DNA of 37,545 bases from Candidatus Woesearchaeota archaeon (GTDB lineage: Archaea > Nanobdellota > Nanobdellia > Woesearchaeales > JAHJEM01), in NCBI GenBank assembly GCA_016929855.1, contig JAFGHY010000043.1:1-37545 (forward strand). The letters run 5' to 3'. Of this stretch, positions 25,169-33,200 are shown one piece after another; position 1 is the stretch's first letter; every line of letters begins with the position of its first letter. The translations under genes and the position numbers were made by a program. The notes below the pieces were generated by a model. That model saw only the letters and a list, made by a program, of their open reading frames with translations, did no database searches and had not been told where the DNA came from.

Positions 25169-26404
25169 TCAGTATTCCCACAATTTTTTCTGACTTTTAA
25201 GGTTGTTGACGAGGATGCTGCGTTCAGTGTATACTGCTGGGTTGAAACTGAATCTTGTTTGTATCTGTTCGTGCAAGTGCTTGAGCAGTTCTTGTTTTGT
25301 GTTGAATTGTTTTGGCTGCTGCTGCATTGTTTTCCTGACTGCTTCCCTTACGACCCACACTCCCAGAGGCTGGTAGTATTCGTCTGTCACGATTCTGAAT
25401 GCGTAAACGCTGGCCTGCCTTTTCATCTCGCTGAGTTTCTCGACGATGCCGAGCTTGGCTGCATAGTATCCTCCTTGAGTGCTGCTGGCATACGAGGAGC
25501 GGCCTTTGTATGGTTCGTGGTCAGTCCAGATTTCTTCGACTATTCCTTTGGCAGGGCCTTCTTGTTTGGGTGCCACCATCTCCAGCAATTCGTAGCTCCA
25601 TACTTCAGGAAACATGCAGATGAAATAATGATTTCCCAAATGACCTCCTTCGAACATCATGTAGTTCGTGACAGGATAGTTCTTAATCTGCTTGACAAAT
25701 CCTTTGCTGATCGTGTCGTCCACTGCAGTGATGCTCCACCTTGTCGGCACGAGTATTTTGTTCTTCTGTAGGCCGAGCGTGCCCCCGCTCAAAAGTTTTG
25801 TTAGGTAGTGTTCGTCTATATTGCGTTTATACATCATTCGCATGGCATCAGATGATTTTATGTCGTCATTGACTGCACTTTCTACCAGCTTCGGAATTTT
25901 TGGATTGTTAGTCACACGCAGTTTCTTCAGCTGTACTGCAGGTCCTTGCGGTGCAGCAAAAGAATTTAGTATTAAGCTCAAATGAGGTTTTTTTGACAGT
26001 CCAACCTCGACTTCAACATTGTCGCTGGACATTGCCACTTCTTGCGCCATATCAGTGTACTTGCTGCCTTGGTCTGAACTGATTTTGCTCGGGTTTTTTA
26101 TGTGTGCTTCAAAGTTGCTGTTGATGAGTCCCATTCTTATGTCTATTATTTCCTGTATTGTTTTGTTTTGCTGACTCCACACGCGGGGGCTGTCCACGAG
26201 TTTTGGAAGGTTTTCATTGCTCAAGACGCCCATCCTGACCCTTGGGTAGCCGTGCCTGCCGACAAAAAGGTTGGGGCTTTGTCCAGAAAAATCCTGCTTT
26301 GCCTGTTTGTTGAATGTCATGCGCCTGTAGAACTCATTCTTTAAAGGACAATCCTGGTCCCTGCACAGTGCAAAACTGGTCTTACCGCATTTTGGGCATT
26401 GCAT
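25169..26404 (-). CDS. nreA: NreA-family archaeal DNA repair protein (COG1602, DUF650/DUF651-like)
   Basis: The N-terminal Cys cluster is MQCPKCGKTSFALCRDQDCPL, followed by FVGRHGYPRVRMGVL. The length is about 410 aa. The extreme C-terminus SQKKLWEY resembles a PIP box (Q-x-x-L-x-x-aromatic). Confidence 0.65.
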   Translation of the reverse strand: MQCPKCGKTSFALCRDQDCPLKNEFYRRMTFNKQAKQDFSGQSPNLFVGRHGYPRVRMGVLSNENLPKLVDSPRVWSQQNKTIQEIIDIRMGLINSNFEAHIKNPSKISSDQGSKYTDMAQEVAMSSDNVEVEVGLSKKPHLSLILNSFAAPQGPAVQLKKLRVTNNPKIPKLVESAVNDDIKSSDAMRMMYKRNIDEHYLTKLLSGGTLGLQKNKILVPTRWSITAVDDTISKGFVKQIKNYPVTNYMMFEGGHLGNHYFICMFPEVWSYELLEMVAPKQEGPAKGIVEEIWTDHEPYKGRSSYASSTQGGYYAAKLGIVEKLSEMKRQASVYAFRIVTDEYYQPLGVWVVREAVRKTMQQQPKQFNTKQELLKHLHEQIQTRFSFNPAVYTERSILVNNLKSQKKLWEY

Positions 26405-26429
26405 CTTGACTGCACGGAAGATGTTTTTT

Positions 26430-26436
26430 ATTATAA
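26430..26436 (-). promoter_or_regulatory. TATA-like element (TTATAAT on the minus strand) for nreA
   Basis: Centre is about 29 nt upstream of the start codon at 26404. Confidence 0.4.
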
Positions 26437-26480
26437 GGTTTGCTGGTGTTTGGCTAGTGTATTATATTTTTTAGAAATGC

Positions 26481-26490
26481 ATAAATAATA
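26481..26490 (+). promoter_or_regulatory. TATA box ATAAATAATA for the P-loop kinase gene
   Basis: Centre is about 26 nt upstream of ATG 26511. Confidence 0.45.
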
Positions 26491-26510
26491 TTTGTGCAAC
26501 TTCTGTTAGC

Positions 26511-26996
26511 ATGCAATTCCTACTACGACCTTCTAAGGATTCCAAGGGAACCTTGTATTTGATGAGAGGTTGGTCTGGGAGTGGAAAAAGTTATTCTGCC
26601 AATGAGATTGGAGGTTTGATTTTTTCAACTGATGATTTGTGGCTTAAAGACGGGGTTTATGTTTTTGACAAGTCCCAGATGAATGAAAAGCATGCTCAGA
26701 ATGTTGAAAGAGTGAGAGAGGCATTAGAGTTTGGGGTTGAAAGCGTGGTTGTTGACAATACAAACACGCGTTTGTGGGAGATGCGTCCGTACGCTGAATT
26801 GGTTGTACAGTTTGGTTATGCCGTTGTTATTGTTGAACCTGATGCGCCTCATCGGTTTGATGCGGCCGAGTGTGCCAGACTCTGCAGGCATGAAGGTATT
26901 AGTGAGAAAAAGGTCTTGACTCAGATGGGTCGTTTTGAGTTTTGCTTTTGCCTGGAAGATATTCTTATGGCAGAAAAGCCACATCAATACAAGTGA
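26511..26996 (+). CDS. P-loop kinase, N4BP2/CNP/T4-Pnk-like (AAA_33) polynucleotide kinase candidate
   Basis: Walker A is MRGWSGSGKSY, followed by FSTDD. VVVDNTNTRLWEMRPY and VVIVEP match the conserved DNTN...WEM.PY pattern of N4BP2-like kinase domains. Confidence 0.6.
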   Translation: MQFLLRPSKDSKGTLYLMRGWSGSGKSYSANEIGGLIFSTDDLWLKDGVYVFDKSQMNEKHAQNVERVREALEFGVESVVVDNTNTRLWEMRPYAELVVQFGYAVVIVEPDAPHRFDAAECARLCRHEGISEKKVLTQMGRFEFCFCLEDILMAEKPHQYK

Positions 26997-27010
26997 AGCA
27001 TATATGGTTT

Positions 27011-27472
27011 TTAGAACATCTTTTCCAGGAACTCCCTGAATTTTGTGTTGTCTTTGTTGTCGTAGTCTTCGTAGATTGCTATCTGGTGGGCTGTTATTAT
27101 GCGCAGGTCTTCCATGTATATGTCGATGTACCTGGTAAGAATGTACACTACAAGTGCAGAGAATGTTGTGCTTATGAATCCTGCTACGGCAAAGAAGTAT
27201 TTCTTGATGAAATCCTCTACCAATGGCGTCACTGGCAGGAATGTGCTTATCAATGAAGCGTACAGGAGGATGTAGAAGAATACCCTGAAGCTGAAGAGCA
27301 CTCTGCGGTTGATGTTTACCCTATTGAATGCTTTTTCCAGCTCGTAGAGCCTTTCCTGGTCTGCTTTCTTCTTGACAGTTACAGTATTCTTCAGATTATT
27401 CAGGTATATGCTCATCCTGAAGGTCCTATTCGACCTTAGCCTCGTGAATATAGGTTTTATGAAATTCTTCAT
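27011..27472 (-). CDS. Hypothetical two-TM membrane protein (153 aa)
   Basis: A basic N-terminal region is followed by two hydrophobic helices (VLFSFRVFFYILLYASLISTFL and YFFAVAGFISTTFSALVVYIL). Its ATG overlaps the upstream stop (ATGA at 27469-27472). Confidence 0.5.
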   Translation of the reverse strand: MKNFIKPIFTRLRSNRTFRMSIYLNNLKNTVTVKKKADQERLYELEKAFNRVNINRRVLFSFRVFFYILLYASLISTFLPVTPLVEDFIKKYFFAVAGFISTTFSALVVYILTRYIDIYMEDLRIITAHQIAIYEDYDNKDNTKFREFLEKMF

Positions 27473-27777
27473 TTTGGTGAGAGTCCTTTGACTATCAGGG
27501 CGAGTATTATCAGCACTGCTCCTACGACTAGGAAACCTAACCCGTGGTTGAGTGCGTTGACGGTTTCACTGAGGTATTTTGACACGCCCACCAGTGCGAA
27601 GATGAAACCCACCACGACAATCACGAAAACAGCAGATATCTTCAGTGCGTTGGTCACTATCAACTCGACCTTCTTCTTGGTCTGCTCGACTGTGGTGTCT
27701 ACTTTCTTCTTGATGCTGTCCACACCGCCTTGGCCTAAGAACTTCAGTACCTCTTTTAATATGCTTGAACCTGCCAT
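27469..27777 (-). CDS. Hypothetical small two-TM membrane protein (102 aa)
   Basis: An amphipathic, Lys-rich N-terminal helix is followed by two TMs (ISAVFVIVVVGFIFALVGV and LGFLVVGAVLIILALIV). It is translationally coupled to the downstream gene. Confidence 0.55.
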   Translation of the reverse strand: MAGSSILKEVLKFLGQGGVDSIKKKVDTTVEQTKKKVELIVTNALKISAVFVIVVVGFIFALVGVSKYLSETVNALNHGLGFLVVGAVLIILALIVKGLSPK

Positions 27778-27816
27778 AATCTGTACTGTAGAGGAGGTGG
27801 TATAAAAAAGTATTGC

Positions 27817-29208
27817 TTACCTTACAAGGTTTCCGGTGTGAACTGTCATTATCTGCTTTACGATTCTTTTTGTTTTTACAAGGTCGTGCTCGAATCTTTC
27901 TGAGAATTCCAAAGCTATGATACGGGCTCCTTTTTTGGAAAGCCTGCCGTTATTGTCGAGTAGTTTGTTTCTCCTGGCAAAAGTCAGCATCTCGTCCGAT
28001 ACGCTTCTTCTCTTGTCTATCATCTCCTCAATCTTCTTGAGTATAGGGTAATAGAATTCTGGTGTCAATGATTTGGCGAACCTGTACCATTTCTTGGTGT
28101 ATTCGTACAATGCTTGATCCTTGAATCCTTGGTATGCGCTGGCCTTCTGGAGTTCTTCGCGGACATAAGTGTGGGGAGGTATGAACATTATGCCTTTCTT
28201 AATCTTGAAAGGCTCGTTTATTCCCTTGTCTGCAGGTATGACTTCAATGAATTCCCTCTGTATTTTCTTCAGGCAGAACTTGATGAGTGCGCTGAGCCCG
28301 AGGTTGATGCTCATGTAGTTCATGCTCATCCCTCTCATCTCAAGCGTCCCAAGCTTGTTTATCTTGACTGGATTCCAGCTTATGTCCAGCTTGCAAGGAT
28401 AAAGGGTTTTTGGGTCTGCATTAGGATCTGCCTGCCTTATGAGCTTCTCCCACCTGGCTTGGCGCCGTTTTATGCTCCTTATCAGGTCTGTCTCTGTCTG
28501 CTTGTATGGAGGGAGTCCTCCGAACTGCTGGTGGTCATTGTACATCCCTGGATAGTTGAGTTTCTTTCCTCCCCTGTACACTAGGAGTCTTGAGTCTTTT
28601 GCAAGAACCTGTCCTTCAAAGAATGGGCTTGACTGCGTGAGGAGGGTCAGGATAGGGTCTATTGCAATCTCGAAGTTGTAGCAGTTCATCAGGCTGCGCT
28701 TGAGCTTGCTGTCCATCAGGAGCCTGAGGTCTTTCTTCTCATGGTCAAATACTCCTTTTGGCAGGGTGTAGTGGTGATGGAATCCGACTGCTTTTGTGGC
28801 TAGTGCGAACTTGTCCTTTCCGAATATCTTTTCTTGTATCTTGTACTTGCTGTCAGGGCTGGGCGTGAACTTTGTCTTGGTCCGGCCAGGGTATGTGCCG
28901 AATGGATACACGCGCAGCTTGCAGCCCCTTCCAGTATTGATGACTGCCTGGATGGATTCTATGATTTCGAGTGCTGGGTTGTACGTGTTGATGTTGGGCA
29001 GACAGCCGAGCTCTAGCATATTCTTCCCGCATTCCTTTTCGACATTCACAAAAGGGTATCTTTCCTTTACTTTGTTGCACAGGTCGAATCCTTTGTATGA
29101 CAGGCTCCCGTTGTCCTTGATTATGTGCATCTCGGTTTCTAGGCCTGTCTGAGAAATCTTTAAGGGTCTTTTTCTGCTTTGCTTTTTTGTTATGTTTATG
29201 ACTTGCAT
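27817..29208 (-). CDS. GCS2-family carboxylate-amine ligase (glutamate-cysteine ligase family 2 / YbdK-like)
   Basis: Colinear family motifs: GLETEMHII (GxExEf), NMLELGC, YPFGTYPG (GthP), VGFHHHYTLP (GlHvHv), LLTQSSPFFEG (SPf..G), SRLLVYRG and NKLGTLEMRGMS (tlEvR..D/S). Its own TATA (AATTTATG) is centred about 25 nt upstream of ATG 29208. Confidence 0.7.
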   Translation of the reverse strand: MQVINITKKQSRKRPLKISQTGLETEMHIIKDNGSLSYKGFDLCNKVKERYPFVNVEKECGKNMLELGCLPNINTYNPALEIIESIQAVINTGRGCKLRVYPFGTYPGRTKTKFTPSPDSKYKIQEKIFGKDKFALATKAVGFHHHYTLPKGVFDHEKKDLRLLMDSKLKRSLMNCYNFEIAIDPILTLLTQSSPFFEGQVLAKDSRLLVYRGGKKLNYPGMYNDHQQFGGLPPYKQTETDLIRSIKRRQARWEKLIRQADPNADPKTLYPCKLDISWNPVKINKLGTLEMRGMSMNYMSINLGLSALIKFCLKKIQREFIEVIPADKGINEPFKIKKGIMFIPPHTYVREELQKASAYQGFKDQALYEYTKKWYRFAKSLTPEFYYPILKKIEEMIDKRRSVSDEMLTFARRNKLLDNNGRLSKKGARIIALEFSERFEHDLVKTKRIVKQIMTVHTGNLVR

Positions 29209-29333
29209 TTTCTAGTACCTTTGCAGGTACATAAATTCATGGTGGTGGACAGTCCTTTTTAAGTGTTGTCATGAAATTTTTTTTTGCATTGAATCTTCAA
29301 TGTCTTTTCTCAATCCCTAAGCTTGTATAGGAT

Positions 29334-30431
29334 CTAATCTTTTTTTATTACGTCTGCCTCGTCTTCGATATCGAATATCTGCTGGAGATTTTCAGATACT
29401 TTGCGCATCCTTTTTTGTATTGTCTTCCTTCTGTCGCGAGTCATGTAAAGTTTCTTGTTGATTTCCATGCTAAACGTGAAGACTTCCGGGTAACGCTTGT
29501 GCATCCAGTTGAGAATGTAGCCTCCTTCATACGGGTCGTTCAGTCTGACTGGCTCGTATCCCATGTTGTTGAGCTTCCTCTGCATGCTCCTGACTATTGG
29601 CATATAGAATTTTGGTATGTAGTGTGTCCCGAAGCTCATCATGGGTCTTGTCTTGGTGTCGCGCATGCTGTGCCCGTCAAATATGATGTTGAACTTGTAT
29701 GTCTCTATGAGGTGGCCGAGCGTGAAGTAGAATTCAGCATATCCTTTCATGAGCTCCTTGCGCTGTTTGCCAGTCAGTTCTTGTGTCCATAGCTCTTTCA
29801 CGAACCGTTCTGAGTTGTTTTTGTATATGGCAGTTTCTGGTCCGCGATTGTAGTCGCATGCGAATCTGGAGTTCTTGCAGTCAATCCAGATGCCTCTCTT
29901 GTCCAGCACCAACGGGGAATACAGCTTGTGGGTGTCGATGTCCTCTTCAAGCCGTCTTTTTTCAGGGCTCATTATCTGTTTTTTTTGTATGTCTTTTGGC
30001 AGCCATGTGCCTGAGTGTATTGTGAGCAGGAGGACGTTGAAGTTGTTCGGCTCGTAGTTGTCGTATATTATGATTCCTCTTTTTGTTATGGTGAGCTTGA
30101 GGTCCTTGTGTTTTTCCCACACCCATTCCAGGTCCTGTTTGACGAGCTCGTAAAGTTTTCTGTCCATGAAGAAGTTCTTGAAGTAGCTCTTGTTCCTGTC
30201 CCTGTACAGGTCTTTTATGTGCCCGTTCAAAAACCTTCCGAGTATCTTGTAGTTCTTCAGTACTGAGATGAAATTTAGGTATGGTTCGTCCTCTATTCTA
30301 CGGGTTAGATGGTTCATAAGCTGGAACAGGAGAAAGCGTTTTGACAGTCCAACTGTGATTGAGGTCTTCTTGGCGTTTATCAGGATAGGGCTTATCGTGT
30401 GGAATATTTCATTTAGCTTTTCTTTTTTCAT
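29334..30431 (-). CDS. N-formylglutamate amidohydrolase (FGase) family hydrolase
   Basis: Colinear family motifs: LLLTIHSGTWLP (HxG..iP), EEDIDT, NSRFACDYNRG (SR...D.NR), IIFDGHSM (D.HS), NDPYEGGYI and FSMEINKKLYM. Confidence 0.7.
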   Translation of the reverse strand: MKKEKLNEIFHTISPILINAKKTSITVGLSKRFLLFQLMNHLTRRIEDEPYLNFISVLKNYKILGRFLNGHIKDLYRDRNKSYFKNFFMDRKLYELVKQDLEWVWEKHKDLKLTITKRGIIIYDNYEPNNFNVLLLTIHSGTWLPKDIQKKQIMSPEKRRLEEDIDTHKLYSPLVLDKRGIWIDCKNSRFACDYNRGPETAIYKNNSERFVKELWTQELTGKQRKELMKGYAEFYFTLGHLIETYKFNIIFDGHSMRDTKTRPMMSFGTHYIPKFYMPIVRSMQRKLNNMGYEPVRLNDPYEGGYILNWMHKRYPEVFTFSMEINKKLYMTRDRRKTIQKRMRKVSENLQQIFDIEDEADVIKKD

Positions 30432-30529
30432 TGTTATTCTATGTCTATCTTGAGGTTTTTTAAAAGTTGTGCAATGTCCGAAGCTTTTTTAAACGATTTT
30501 CAATCCCGGACTGTTATGGGGTGAATCCT

Positions 30530-32293
30530 ATGGTATTTGTCGAAGTCAAGGATAAGGTTCAGGACCTTGTCAGGCTGTCTGACAAGATTAAGACCCTGTT
30601 CATAAAGGCAGTGATCGTGAGTTTTCTGTTTGAGGTCGTCAAGATATTCCCTCCTTACATCTTCAAGGAGATTATTGACAATCTTGTTGTTTATGACCCT
30701 GCAGTCGGCATTACTGTTCAGCTGTTGATGTATCTGGTGCTCGGCTACTTTGCCAGTCTGTTCGTCATGACCATTTTTGAATACATTGCCTGGAAGGTGA
30801 TGATTGTCAGGATTGTTGAGAGCGAGGCTGACGTGGTGAGGAAGGCATTTCACAAGCTGCTGCACCTGGACTTGAACTATCACGAGAACAACAACACAGG
30901 CTACCTGATTAACAAGGTGCTCAAGGGCGGGCAGAGGCTTGTCGACCTGCTGTTTAACGTGAACGAGCGTTTCTTCCCCATAATGTTCCAGGCAGTTCTC
31001 ACATTGTTCTTGCTGCTTTGGGTGAGCTGGCCCGTCGGATTGAGCTTTGCCATATTCGCGCCTGTTTTCGTAGCTCTTCTCATGAGGGACAGCAAGCTCA
31101 CGCAGACGGTGAGAGAGAAGTTCCATCACTATCATGATGTATTTGCCGGTAAGATTACCCAGTCCATTTCCAATATAAGGACTGTCAAGGATTTCGGGAA
31201 TGAGCAGAAGGAGCTGAAGAAGTCAGACCATTACATGAACGAGTACGTTCAGGCCATGGAGGAGCGCAATAGAATAGGTCTCAGGAGCCTTCTGCTGGAG
31301 GACAGTGTCGTCAATGTGGCGCGCCTAATCACTCTTGCTTTGTCAGTGTACTTGATGCTTGACATGCGCATGACTGCAGGCACGCTTGTATTTGTGATTA
31401 CGTTGTCTGAGAAGGCCTACATCAACCTGTCGAGATTGAGCAGGGTCTATTACAGGATTCAGGATGCAGAGCCGAGCATCCAGAGGTTCAAGCGCATCAT
31501 GTCTACTGAGTCGAAGGTCAATGACAATCCAGGCTCTCATCACAGAATCAGTAGAGGAAGCGTCGTGTTTGATAGTGTAACTTTTAGGTACGAGAACAGC
31601 AGGAAGGGCGCCTTGAATGATGTCAGTTTTGAGATTCCGAGCAGGAGTGTTGTGGCGTTTGTGGGCAGGTCTGGGTCTGGCAAGACAACTCTTGTGAAGA
31701 TGCTACTGAGGCATTTTGATCCTAACAGAGGAGATGTCTTTATTGACGGCAGGAGTGTGAAGGACTATTCTTTCAGGAATCTGAAGGAAGGCATAAGTGT
31801 TGTCAGCCAGGATGTGGAATTGTTTAACGAGTCGATTCTTGACAACATTGCGTACGGTGTGAAGAAGGCAAACAGGGCCGATGTTGTCCGGGCGGCCAAG
31901 ATGGCGCACGCTCACGATTTCATAATGGAGTTCCAGAAGGGATACGATACTCTGGTCGGCGAGCGTGGTATCCGATTGTCTGGTGGTCAGAAGCAGAGGA
32001 TTGCTATCGCAAGGGCTATTTTGAAGAAACCTAAGATTATTGTGTTTGACGAGGCGACATCAAGTTTGGACAGCGAGAGCGAGAAGTTCATCCATGAGTC
32101 CATGTTCGGGCTTGTGGGTAAGGTGACGCTGATCATCATCGCTCATCGTTTCTCGACGATAGAGCACGCGGACAAAGTTATTCTGTTGGAGAACGGTAGG
32201 ATTGTCGAGCATGGCACGCAGAAGGAACTGATAAAGAGCAAAGGAATGTTTGCCAAGCTGAGGAGGCTGCAGAAGCTCGGCGATGTGGTTTGA
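30530..32293 (+). CDS. ABC exporter, fused TMD-NBD half transporter (MsbA/ABCB-like)
   Basis: Six TM helices precede the NBD, which has Walker A GRSGSGKTT, Q-loop VSQD, signature LSGGQKQR, Walker B IIVFDEATSSLD and H-loop IIAHR. The first ATG is at 30530; the ORF-track start at 30467 is a TTG. Confidence 0.9.
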   Translation: MVFVEVKDKVQDLVRLSDKIKTLFIKAVIVSFLFEVVKIFPPYIFKEIIDNLVVYDPAVGITVQLLMYLVLGYFASLFVMTIFEYIAWKVMIVRIVESEADVVRKAFHKLLHLDLNYHENNNTGYLINKVLKGGQRLVDLLFNVNERFFPIMFQAVLTLFLLLWVSWPVGLSFAIFAPVFVALLMRDSKLTQTVREKFHHYHDVFAGKITQSISNIRTVKDFGNEQKELKKSDHYMNEYVQAMEERNRIGLRSLLLEDSVVNVARLITLALSVYLMLDMRMTAGTLVFVITLSEKAYINLSRLSRVYYRIQDAEPSIQRFKRIMSTESKVNDNPGSHHRISRGSVVFDSVTFRYENSRKGALNDVSFEIPSRSVVAFVGRSGSGKTTLVKMLLRHFDPNRGDVFIDGRSVKDYSFRNLKEGISVVSQDVELFNESILDNIAYGVKKANRADVVRAAKMAHAHDFIMEFQKGYDTLVGERGIRLSGGQKQRIAIARAILKKPKIIVFDEATSSLDSESEKFIHESMFGLVGKVTLIIIAHRFSTIEHADKVILLENGRIVEHGTQKELIKSKGMFAKLRRLQKLGDVV

Positions 32294-32348
32294 GGCAAAG
32301 CTTAAATATTATTAGTTAATCATCAGACATTATCAAAACAGGGTTGTT

Positions 32349-33044
32349 ATGTTGAAGGTTGTTAAGTTGAAGAAAGGAAAGATTATTGTCATTGAAGGGA
32401 CTGACGGGACTGGCAAGGCCACTCAGTCTGCAAGGCTCAAGCAGCGCCTGACAGATGAAGGCTACAGTGTGAAGGAGATGGACTTTCCCCGGCATGGAGA
32501 GGTCACTGCCAGGCAGGTTGATGATTACCTGATGGGCAAGTACGGCCCTCCTGACGAGTTTAATCCTTATGCGGCCAGTGTCTTCTACGCGTGGAACAGG
32601 TACATGAACAGCTCCACAATCAAGAAGTGGCTTGAGGAGGGGAATGTCGTTGTGCTGGACCGTTATACGACAGCTAATCATGGTCATCAAGCAGGGAAGA
32701 TTAAGGACAAGAAGGAGCGTGATAGGTTCAGGAAGTGGCTTGACCTCGTAGAGTATGACATGATGGGTCTGCCGAAGCCTGACTTGTGCATCGTGCTTCA
32801 CGTGACTCCTGAGCAGACGCAGCAGCTTATCATGAAGAAGAAGAATCGTACTTACACTAAAGGTCAGAAGATGGACGGTCATGAAAACAACTTAGAACAC
32901 CTGAAGAATTCAGAGATGGCATTTCTTGAATTGGCTGAGATGTATGATTATTGCACGTTGATCGAGTGCGCTCCCCACGGAGAACTGCTTTCTATAGAGG
33001 AAATCCATAAGCTAGTGTGGGAGAAGGTCAAGGAAATCTTGTAG
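32349..33044 (+). CDS. tmk: Thymidylate kinase
   Basis: The P-loop is IIVIEGTDGTGKATQ, and the DRY-like motif is VLDRYTTANHGHQ with a LID-like basic segment. Length is about 230 aa. Confidence 0.8.
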   Translation: MLKVVKLKKGKIIVIEGTDGTGKATQSARLKQRLTDEGYSVKEMDFPRHGEVTARQVDDYLMGKYGPPDEFNPYAASVFYAWNRYMNSSTIKKWLEEGNVVVLDRYTTANHGHQAGKIKDKKERDRFRKWLDLVEYDMMGLPKPDLCIVLHVTPEQTQQLIMKKKNRTYTKGQKMDGHENNLEHLKNSEMAFLELAEMYDYCTLIECAPHGELLSIEEIHKLVWEKVKEIL

Positions 33045-33062
33045 TTTTTGAATATTCAAAAA
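33045..33062. repeat. Perfect 18-nt palindrome TTTTTGAATATTCAAAAA immediately after the tmk stop
   Basis: The sequence is self-complementary and begins with T5. It is a candidate terminator hairpin/oligo-T. A related TTCAATATTCAGAAAA occurs at about 33171-33186, near the converging gene. Confidence 0.6.
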
Positions 33063-33200
33063 GTTGCTATTGAATTCTTGGCGCAGGCGAGGCGGGGGTT
33101 GCCCCATCCGGGATGCCGAGCAGGACAAACGAACATGGTGAGTTTGGATGTCTGCCGTCAAGAAAGAATTCATTCAATATTCAGAAAAGCTAACTCTCAA

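Noticed and set aside
24974-25771. 265-aa plus-strand ORF overlapping the 3' half of nreA
   Set aside because: It is antisense to a gene with clear family features. The product is Cys/Phe/Leu-rich with no motif, and its 5' part merely runs through the non-coding spacer.
33077-33135. Attempt to read the GC-rich island as an H/ACA-type guide RNA (lower stem TTGGC/GCCGA, upper stem GGGG/CCCC, ACA downstream)
   Set aside because: The upper stem is only 4 bp and has no K-turn or K-loop. The ACA spacing from the lower stem is not canonical. The evidence is insufficient to call an H/ACA RNA.
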